Shown: positions 56,817 through 64,000 of the stretch, in pieces | Position numbering within the stretch: position 1 is the first letter of the stretch | How the letters are laid out: each line of letters begins with the position of its first letter | DNA from: an uncultured Chloroflexia bacterium | GTDB taxonomy: Bacteria; Chloroflexota; Dehalococcoidia; GIF9; UBA5629 | Direction of reading: 5' to 3' | NCBI GenBank assembly: GCA_963754385.1 | Contig: CAVWGE010000004.1 | Span: 118,780-182,779, forward strand | DNA length: 64,000 bases | Notes under the pieces: generated by a model | Seen by the model: only the letters and a program-made list of their open reading frames with translations | Database searches by the model: none | Told to the model about the DNA's origin: nothing | Made by a program: the position numbers and the translations under genes

Positions 56817-57599
56817 ATGAAATTCGAGACGATTATCTATGAGAAGAAGGACAACGTTGCCTGGATAACCTTTAACCGGCCTGAGAAGTTTAATGCTCAA
56901 AATCAGACTTTGCTGAACGAGGTTACCGCTGCCCTGGAGGAAGCTAAGGATGACGATGAGGTGCAGGTTATCGTTTTCACAGGGGCAGGCGACAAGGCTT
57001 TCAGCGCTGGTGCCGATGTCAACATGTTTCTTGATTGGACTCCCGTTAGCGTCATTAAGTGGTCCAAAGGGTCAAAGAGAGCATATACTTACATAAGGGA
57101 GATCCCCAAGCCGGTCATAGCTATGGTGAACGGGCTGGCTCTAGGTGGCGGGTGCGAAATGGCTATGAGTTGCGACATTATTATAGCCTCGGAGAATGCT
57201 CGATTCGGACAGCCTGAGATAAGTGTCGGAGTCATACCCGGGGGCACCGGAACTCAGATTTTGCCCAGGCTTGTGGGGGAGAAGAAGGCGAAAGAGATGA
57301 TTCTTATCGGCGACCCTATTTCGGCTGAGGAAGCTCTGCGGCTCGGCTTGGTGAATAAGGTTGTCCCTGCGGATAAGCTGAGGGAAACAGTCGATGAGGT
57401 CATAAAGAAGCTTAAAAGCAAGAGCCCGGCTATATTGAAAATCGCTAAGCTTGCGGTAAACAAGTCGCTCGAGACACCGATTTCGATTGGTGTTCAGTGT
57501 GAAGAGGAGTTGTTTGCCCTGTGTTTTGGTACACAGGACTCGAAGGAGGGGATAAAGGCTTTCCTGGAGAAACGACCTGCTAAGTACACGGGGAAATAG
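56817..57599 (+). CDS. Enoyl-CoA hydratase/isomerase (crotonase family)
   Basis: Crotonase fold motifs (VIVFTGAGDKAFSAGADV, ALGGGCEMAMSCD). Confidence 0.85.
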   Translation: MKFETIIYEKKDNVAWITFNRPEKFNAQNQTLLNEVTAALEEAKDDDEVQVIVFTGAGDKAFSAGADVNMFLDWTPVSVIKWSKGSKRAYTYIREIPKPVIAMVNGLALGGGCEMAMSCDIIIASENARFGQPEISVGVIPGGTGTQILPRLVGEKKAKEMILIGDPISAEEALRLGLVNKVVPADKLRETVDEVIKKLKSKSPAILKIAKLAVNKSLETPISIGVQCEEELFALCFGTQDSKEGIKAFLEKRPAKYTGK

Positions 57600-57672
57600 T
57601 TCAAAACGCGATTACAGCGATTGGATAAGATAACGGCGAGAAAAGATTAGATATGCCCCATATTCATCATAT

Positions 57673-58083
57673 TTAATCATTCTTTCCGAACTTCTGTCTT
57701 TCAATCCTATATAGGGCGGCATCACCGATGCCGAAATGGTGGGCGATCTCGTGGCGTACTACTCTGCCAATCTCCATCTCGATTTCTTTGTCGGAGCTAC
57801 ATTTCAGTTCGATGGGCTTCTGAAAGATGGTTATCTTGTCTGGTGGAACCAGGTTGTAGCCACTGTCTCGCTTGGTCTGGGGTACTCCTTCGTAAAGACC
57901 CAGTAGCTGCGTCTTATATCTGAGTCCTAGCCGTCTGATTTGGTTTGGACTGGGCCAGTCTTCAATCAGCACATCGACATTCTCCAGCTTGCTTTGAAAC
58001 TCCGCTGGCAGTGTTTCTATGGCCCTGGAGACGATGGCTTCAAATTTTTGCTTTTCCATGTCTCTTAATCCGCTTGTTTTCAT
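57673..58083 (-). CDS. Zincin-like metallopeptidase (HExxH)
   Basis: HEIAHHFGIGD zinc-binding motif near the C-terminus. Start placed at an internal Met; the track ORF extends to 58128. Confidence 0.6.
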   Translation of the reverse strand: MKTSGLRDMEKQKFEAIVSRAIETLPAEFQSKLENVDVLIEDWPSPNQIRRLGLRYKTQLLGLYEGVPQTKRDSGYNLVPPDKITIFQKPIELKCSSDKEIEMEIGRVVRHEIAHHFGIGDAALYRIERQKFGKND

Positions 58084-58365
58084 TATACACTGCTTTGTTT
58101 CATTCTGGCAGTTGTCTGCTAATAACATGTAGTGGCGGGGCTGAAGCCCCGCCTCGGCGACTTTAAAAGGTCGCCGCTACATTGGTTGGTGGTAGGCGAA
58201 CCTTAAAAGGTCAGGGCTACACTCGTTGAATCCGCGTGGTTGACTGAACGGCCTCGACGGGATAAAATCAGCCTCAGTTGTAAAGATTTATGTAGATGAA
58301 CTTGTGACATTTACGTAATGATACGTATATTTGCTTGAAGTAAGGTTATGTGAGGGGGAGTTAAG

Positions 58366-58609
58366 ATGTTAGATATACTGAAAAATCCTTTTGTTGGTGT
58401 TATGAATTAAGGAAGAATCTGACAGCTTCTTAGTGGTAAAGAAGATGGGGGTGATGTTGTAATCACGCAGCAGGGAAAACCTGTAGCTTTTGGTGGATTT
58501 AGAAGATATACTTGAGATGAAGCAAGTTTTGAAGGAGTTTTTTGAACCAGAGTATCTGGCTGCTCTATTGGAGGCGGAGGAGGGAAATTCGGGAGGGAAG
58601 GTACGGTAA
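58366..58609 (+). pseudogene. Frameshifted Phd/YefM-type antitoxin remnant
   Basis: Three frames piece together MLDILKNPFVGVMN*, ..DVVITQQGKPVAF.. and ..LEDILEMKQVLKEFFEPEYLAALLEAEEG.., which resembles Phd/YefM antitoxins. It is interrupted by stops and shifts. Confidence 0.4.
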
Positions 58610-58639
58610 AAAGTTTTTGCCAATAAAGGGCTGTAATGT

Positions 58640-58857
58640 ACCGAGCTATGTTTTCCAGCTGGGCAGAAAAAGTCTTTATGAGCGTGTGATAGGGAAGCTA
58701 GAAGAGTTAAAGAGGCGATACAAAAGCTTATAGAGAATCCTGATGGAACGATGAAGTTGGAAGAAGCAAAGGTAGATAGTTATAGATATAGGATTGGAGA
58801 TTAAGGATTATTTTTGATATAGATGAAGAAGTTAAAGTTATAGAAATATTGGAATAG
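58640..58857 (+). pseudogene. Frameshifted RelE/ParE-type toxin remnant
   Basis: ..EARRVKEAIQKLIENPDGTMKLEEAKVDSYRYRIGD then, after a 1-nt indel, RIIFDIDEEVKVIEILE*. This matches the RelE/ParE core (..NP..G..L.....YR.R.GDYRIIY.ID.E...V.IL.I..R). Confidence 0.5.
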
Positions 58858-58879
58858 AAAAAGAGATGAGAGAAAGGTT

Positions 58880-61327
58880 ATGTGTGCTTCTAAGTATAAT
58901 CCTCAGGAAATCGAGAAGAAGTGGCAGGAGAAATGGGCGGCCGACCGCCTTTACGAAGTTAAGGATGGTGACAGCCGCCCTAAGTTTTATGCCCTGACCA
59001 TGTTCCCTTATACCTCGGGAGACCTCCATATCGGGCACTGGTATGCTATGGCGCCTTCGGATGTCCATGCCAGGTTCAAGCGTATGCAGGGCTACAACGT
59101 GCTGCATCCCATGGGTTTCGATGCTTTCGGCCTGCCGGCGGAGAATGCAGCCATTAAACATGGCATTCATCCTTACAACTGGACGATGGACAATGTCGAG
59201 AACATGCGCCGCCAGCTGAGGAGCATCGGTGCCATTTATGATTGGAGCCGTGAGGTAGTCACCTGCCTGCCCGAATATTATAAATGGACGCAGTGGTTTT
59301 TCCTCAAGCTTTATGAAGCCGGTTTGGCTTATCGGGCTAAGGCACCGGTCAACTGGTGTCCCACGTGCCAGACGGTGCTGGCTAATGAACAGGTGGTCGG
59401 CGAAGGCTCCTGTGAGCGCTGCGGCACAGCCGTGCTCAAGAAATTACTCGAGCAGTGGTTTTTCCGTATAACCAAATATGCCGATGAGCTTCTCGACTTC
59501 AGCAAGATAGATTGGCCCGAGCGTATAGAAATCATGCAAAACAACTGGATTGGCAAGAGCACCGGCGCCGAGATTTCCTTTGGCCTGGAGCATAAGGGCG
59601 TCGATACCAAGGAGATAAGTGTATTCACCACCCGTCCTGACACTATCTTCGGGGTGACCTTCTTCGTCCTGGCGCCGGAGCATCCTCTGGTACCTCTGCT
59701 TACCACACCGGAACATAAGGCTGAGGTCGAGGCTTATATCCTTCAGACGCAGAGACAGACGGAAATTGAAAGAACGTCTGCGGAGCGGGAAAAGACCGGT
59801 GTCTTCCTGGGGAGCTATGTAATTAACAGGCTGAGCGGTCAGCCTGTGCCCATCTGGATTACCGATTATGTGCTGCTCAGCTATGGCACCGGTGCAGTGA
59901 TGGGTGTGCCGGCACATGACCAGCGTGACTTCGAGTTCGCCAAGAAGTATGGCTTACCTATTCGGGTAGTCATCGCGCCTCCGGACTGGTTGGGGGAGGA
60001 GCTTGAATGCGCTTACACCGAAACCGGGACTATGGCAAACTCGGGGCAGTTCAACGGCCTGCCCAGCGAGCAGGGGTTTGAGGTTATCTGCGATTATATG
60101 GAGAAAAAGAGCTGGGGGAAGCGGGCTGTCACCTATAGACTTCGCGACTGGCTCATCTCCCGGCAGCGCTACTGGGGGGCGCCGATTCCGATGGTTTATT
60201 GTGAAAAGTGCGGCATCGTACCGGTGCCGGAGAAAGATTTGCCGGTTCTGCTGCCTCCTGATGCCGAGTTCAGGCCTACCGGGGAATCGCCATTGAAGTA
60301 TTGCGAATCTTTCGTTAACACCACCTGCCCGAAGTGCTCCGCACCAGCACAGCGAGAGACCGATACCATGGACACCTTTATGTGCTCATCGTGGTATTTC
60401 ATGCGTTATACCAGCCCGGGTGTTGATGATTATCCTTTCGACAAGAAGAAGCTGAAGCACTGGATGCCGGTTGACCTGTACACCGGTGGTGCTGAGCACG
60501 CTGTCATGCATCTTCTCTATTCCCGCTTCTTCATCAAGGCGATTAGAGATATGGGGCTGGTTGATTTCGATGAGCCGTTCATAAAGCTGTTCAATCAGGG
60601 GACGATAATTTACCAGGGCGACAAAATGAGCAAGTCCCGTGGCAATGTGGTTACTCCTGATGTCTATGTGTCCGAGATAGGGGCTGATGCCGTCAGGGCT
60701 TATCTCATGTTTATCGGTCCCTGGGAACTGGGTGGGGAGTGGAGCGACCAGGGCATTGTGGGCATGAGCCGCTGGGTGAACCGGGTCTGGAACCTGGTGA
60801 CAGCCGGCTATTCGGAAAAGAAGGTTGACCCTGATGCGGGAAAAGAGCTGAGCCGTCTCATTCACCAGACCATCAAAAGGGTGACCAATGACATGGAGCG
60901 GTTCCGCTTCAATACCATGCTGGCAGCGCTTATGGAGTTCACCAATTATCTGGCCAAGGTACAGGAGGTAGGCACAGTCTCTGTCTCCCTGTGGAACGAG
61001 ACTGTAACGGGTTTGTTGCTCCTCCTGGCGCCGACGGCACCGCATCTTACCGAAGAGCTATGGGAAAGGATCGGGCATACTTACAGCATACACAACCAGC
61101 CCTGGCCGAAGTGGGATGAGGAGCTGGCTAAAGAAGAAGAGGTCACGCTGGTCATACAGGTCAATGGCAAGCTACGGGACAGAATTACCGTGCCCGTATC
61201 CATCACTGAAGCCGAAGCCAAAGAGCTGGCTCTGAGCCGCGAGCGGATAAAGGCCTACGTCAAAGACAACAAGGTCGCCAGGATTATCTACGTCCCCCAG
61301 CGGCTGGTCAATATAGTTGTGGGGTAG
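58880..61327 (+). CDS. leuS: Leucine--tRNA ligase
   Basis: 815 aa: HIGH motif (DLHIGHW), editing domain, KMSKS motif (KMSKSRGN), anticodon-binding C-terminus. Confidence 0.95.
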   Translation: MCASKYNPQEIEKKWQEKWAADRLYEVKDGDSRPKFYALTMFPYTSGDLHIGHWYAMAPSDVHARFKRMQGYNVLHPMGFDAFGLPAENAAIKHGIHPYNWTMDNVENMRRQLRSIGAIYDWSREVVTCLPEYYKWTQWFFLKLYEAGLAYRAKAPVNWCPTCQTVLANEQVVGEGSCERCGTAVLKKLLEQWFFRITKYADELLDFSKIDWPERIEIMQNNWIGKSTGAEISFGLEHKGVDTKEISVFTTRPDTIFGVTFFVLAPEHPLVPLLTTPEHKAEVEAYILQTQRQTEIERTSAEREKTGVFLGSYVINRLSGQPVPIWITDYVLLSYGTGAVMGVPAHDQRDFEFAKKYGLPIRVVIAPPDWLGEELECAYTETGTMANSGQFNGLPSEQGFEVICDYMEKKSWGKRAVTYRLRDWLISRQRYWGAPIPMVYCEKCGIVPVPEKDLPVLLPPDAEFRPTGESPLKYCESFVNTTCPKCSAPAQRETDTMDTFMCSSWYFMRYTSPGVDDYPFDKKKLKHWMPVDLYTGGAEHAVMHLLYSRFFIKAIRDMGLVDFDEPFIKLFNQGTIIYQGDKMSKSRGNVVTPDVYVSEIGADAVRAYLMFIGPWELGGEWSDQGIVGMSRWVNRVWNLVTAGYSEKKVDPDAGKELSRLIHQTIKRVTNDMERFRFNTMLAALMEFTNYLAKVQEVGTVSVSLWNETVTGLLLLLAPTAPHLTEELWERIGHTYSIHNQPWPKWDEELAKEEEVTLVIQVNGKLRDRITVPVSITEAEAKELALSRERIKAYVKDNKVARIIYVPQRLVNIVVG

Positions 61328-61485
61328 TGACTGGAACTTGCAGCGGCTTTTGTAGGATGTATAATGTCATAAGTTGTACCCTGTTTTAGCGAGTGAGACG
61401 GAGTATAAGCCTGTGAATAGTTTGTACTAAATTTGGTTTGAGTCTTAGAGTTCAAGCGATAATTACTGGCTAGGGAGGTAGAGGA

Positions 61486-62364
61486 GTGAAAATAGAAGTA
61501 ACTTTGAGAAATCCGCAAGCTATTGAGATAGTAAAAAATTTGCCAAAAGAGACGAGAGACGAAATTATTGAGAAATACATAATTTTGGGGAATATGGTTG
61601 CCTTTCACGCTTCGATAAGTACCAGTAAGGAGACTGTTGAGACTTTCTTTGCACCTCTTAGATCAGACATTGAAATGATAAGAGAACAGCTGAAATTGAT
61701 AGTTCCAACGATAGCTATACCTGCATCTAAAGGTGGAGTGACTGCCGAGAATGTTTTTAAAAGCTTCGAAGGGCATTTTATGGATGATTGTTTTGAAGAT
61801 GTTTCAGCCATAGGTAAATATTCAGATATTAAAGCAACAACTTCTGAGACTAAAGTAGTCGTTCTTATTGAGGTTAAAGATTATTCCCAAAGTGTCCCCA
61901 GTGGTGAGGTTGAAAAATTTTGGAGAGATATGGAAAGACGTGATGCGCGTTATGGTATCTTTCTGTCTCTGCGTTCGCCGATAGCGAAAATTTCTGGGCC
62001 CATAAAATTAGAAACGAAAATGAGTCGGACAGCAATATTTGTTGTTGATAGTGCGTTGAATTGGTCTGGGCATTTGTTCGCATATTATGTGGTTAAGAAA
62101 CTAATAGAGCTAGAGACCTTAAAGAAAAAGCAATTAAAGGGTGAAGATCTTGCTAAAGTTATCTCAAAGGTTAACCATTATTTAATTGAGATACAAAAAG
62201 ACATAGAAATAATCGAGGAGATTCAAGACACAGCAGATAAACTCAAAACTACTTGTACAAATAGACTTCAAACACTAATCGACCCTGCTGACAGATATAA
62301 GAGAAAACTTAATGAAAAGATTGGCGAGGCATTCCAAGAGATAGAAAAGGCGGAGGTAAAATGA
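61486..62364 (+). CDS. Mrr-like restriction endonuclease (PD-(D/E)xK) domain protein with C-terminal coiled coil
   Basis: GTG start with a GGAGG RBS. The core FEGHFMDDCFEDVSAIGKYSDIKA...VVVLIEVKDY...EVEKFWRDM...GIFLS fits the Mrr_cat / PD-(D/E)xK pattern (D...ExK). Strongly AT-rich compared with leuS. Confidence 0.55.
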   Translation: MKIEVTLRNPQAIEIVKNLPKETRDEIIEKYIILGNMVAFHASISTSKETVETFFAPLRSDIEMIREQLKLIVPTIAIPASKGGVTAENVFKSFEGHFMDDCFEDVSAIGKYSDIKATTSETKVVVLIEVKDYSQSVPSGEVEKFWRDMERRDARYGIFLSLRSPIAKISGPIKLETKMSRTAIFVVDSALNWSGHLFAYYVVKKLIELETLKKKQLKGEDLAKVISKVNHYLIEIQKDIEIIEEIQDTADKLKTTCTNRLQTLIDPADRYKRKLNEKIGEAFQEIEKAEVK

Positions 62365-62582
62365 ACATATTTTGTCCGTTTTTCAAGGACAGATGCAAAG
62401 GCAACGAATGCGTGATGTGGAAAGATGAGAAGTGTTTGATAATTTCATTTATGGAAAATTGTATAACGCCTCCTGAAGAGGAGGTTGAAGAGCTTGAACG
62501 AATTGGCCGTGAGATGAGGGGAATAAGGGAAATGGAAGTTCCAGATGAAATAAAGTCAGCCAAAACGAACTATCGCAGATGA
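62361..62582 (+). CDS. Small Cys-rich protein, translationally coupled to the Mrr-like gene
   Basis: ATGA start/stop overlap. 73 aa with C5, C12, C17, C25, C34 (MNIFCPFFKDRCKGNECVMWKDEKC) and an acidic tail. Confidence 0.45.
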   Translation: MNIFCPFFKDRCKGNECVMWKDEKCLIISFMENCITPPEEEVEELERIGREMRGIREMEVPDEIKSAKTNYRR

Positions 62583-63284
62583 ATTACCATCTTTAATTAA
62601 TTCGTGTGTTGATTGGGCTAGAGGTCATGGGCTTAAAACAGTTACGAAACAGATAAGAAGCGTTTTAATTGATAGAAATATTGAAATCCTGCCCAAAACA
62701 CAAAGATCATTGTACGCATGTAAATTTAGGCAATGGCTGTGAGAAGCCCTGTTTATATTTATACTTCGTGTTTTTGTCTCATAGTTGGATTTGGGGTACG
62801 CAACATGAAAGGGGATGAAATACTGGCAACGAAGACAATAGTGGTTAAATTTTATTGCTCCTGTCTATAGATACTACAATTAATGCTTTGTATGGATGCA
62901 ATCGATCAGAAGATGAAACAAGGGCTAAAGTTATCATACTTATTTCATCTCCCGGTGGTTCCGTACTTTCACGGGCTATCGCTTACAACTATCTCGTGTG
63001 GAGAAAGGCTTGCCTGTGGATGTAACACGTAATTTTCAGTGTTGATAGTTGTGTTTTGGGGGGAGCAAGAGGCTCTCTGTCCCTCAGCAAGATTTCTGCT
63101 TCATGGTGTGAGCCTGGTTTCCAAAATGAGTGGAAGAGACACTGAGAGAGACTAAAGGGCTTAAGATTGACATAAAGAATATCGCCAAGGTTGTAGCAAA
63201 TAGGTAAGAACTTTCAGGATGTCACAAATGCCATGGTGAAAGAACTACTGAATCCTGATGATACGTGTCTGAGCATTAGCTACT

Positions 63285-63932
63285 ATGGCAATGAAAATCG
63301 TATTAATAGTCGTACTGTGCATCCTGGCGTTTCTTATCCTGTGGCTTAGCCTGGCTAAACTAATCAGGAAGATGTTTCGTTTTCCGGCACCGGCGTTTAT
63401 CGGGCGGCTTCTGGATAGCGGCTACAGGAGGCGAATACAGCCGCCGGCTCAGTTGATAGAGCGCAGCGGCATAAAGAAGGGTATGAATGTTCTGGACCTC
63501 GGCTGTGGCAGCGGGGCTTTTACACCTTTTATTGCCCGGACAGTCGGCGAGAAGGGCAAGGTCTATGCGCTGGACATACAAGCGGATATGTTGAAGCAGC
63601 TTGAGAATAAGCTGTCCAGGCCTGAAAACAATGATATTAAGAATATCAAGCTCATCGAGGGCAATGCCTATGAGCTGCCATTTGAGGACAATTCTCTGGA
63701 TTTGGTGAATATGGTGACTGTCCTCCAGGAGATACCGGACAGAAACAGGGCTTTGCAGGAGGTCAATAGGGTATTGAAGCCGGGAGGGTTTTTTGCTGTG
63801 ACGGAACTGTTTCCCGACCCTGACTATCCGTGGAAGTCCACTACTATCAAGTTAGGCAAGGGAACCGGCTTTGTGGTGGATGAGGTTTCGGGGAATTTTT
63901 TCAACTACACAGTCAGATTTAAGAAGCCGTGA
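63285..63932 (+). CDS. Membrane-anchored class I SAM-dependent methyltransferase
   Basis: N-terminal TM helix, motif I VLDLGCGSGAF, motif II YALDI, and a Methyltransf_11-like core. Confidence 0.8.
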   Translation: MAMKIVLIVVLCILAFLILWLSLAKLIRKMFRFPAPAFIGRLLDSGYRRRIQPPAQLIERSGIKKGMNVLDLGCGSGAFTPFIARTVGEKGKVYALDIQADMLKQLENKLSRPENNDIKNIKLIEGNAYELPFEDNSLDLVNMVTVLQEIPDRNRALQEVNRVLKPGGFFAVTELFPDPDYPWKSTTIKLGKGTGFVVDEVSGNFFNYTVRFKKP

Positions 63933-64000
63933 GATTGCCACGTCCCGATTGCATCGGGACTCGCAATGACGATGGGTAACGGCTCAGAATGCCAGGTGAG

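Noticed and set aside
58130-58880. T-box riboswitch leader upstream of leuS
   Set aside because: Only a weak resemblance to the T-box sequence (ttggtggtaggcg) was found, and that lies 650 bp upstream. The proximal 500 bp are occupied by the toxin-antitoxin remnant, and no specifier-loop or antiterminator structure was evident.

Overview
The window is a 64-kb bacterial chromosomal segment with about 47-50% GC. Gene content and order (hrcA-grpE-dnaK with a CIRCE operator, der-plsY-gpsA, frequent GTG/TTG starts, many lipoproteins with PKD-like repeats) suggest a Chloroflexota/Dehalococcoidia-like organism; this is an inference only. Most of the window is housekeeping: secA, prs, nth, a two-component system, an ABC-2 exporter, glyA, a TetR-regulated MFS/HlyD efflux operon, PKD-like lipoproteins, hrcA-grpE-dnaK, lspA, rluD, gltX, fpg, polA, argF, der-plsY-gpsA, two dnaJ paralogs, an hspR-clpB operon and leuS. 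The main non-core feature is a roughly 9.4-kb integrative island at 46507-55895. It lies downstream of an intact tRNA-Ala(GGC), attL at 46507-46582, next to a tyrosine integrase. It ends at a 52-bp direct repeat of the tRNA 3' portion, attR at 55844-55895. Inside the island are four decayed copies of the integrase 3' end plus two more divergent ones, four copies of a 30-bp promoter-like repeat placed just upstream of minus-strand cargo genes, a 560-bp segmental duplication carrying paralogous SNase-like genes, a gene built from near-perfect 3 x 120-bp tandem repeats, a TMEM175-like channel homologue, a GIY-YIG nuclease, an MFS transporter and a degenerate 62-bp tandem array. This layout looks like a nested or tandem accretion of related integrative elements. 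A degenerate full-length tRNA-Ala copy lies about 900 bp upstream of the functional tRNA. Other notable loci are an AT-rich two-gene module after leuS (an Mrr/PD-(D/E)xK-like nuclease plus a Cys-rich small protein), a frameshifted phd/yefM-relE/parE toxin-antitoxin remnant, and a family of long imperfect palindromic intergenic repeats (gtcattctgag...cagaatgac) in two divergent promoter regions. No CRISPR array or rRNA was found.
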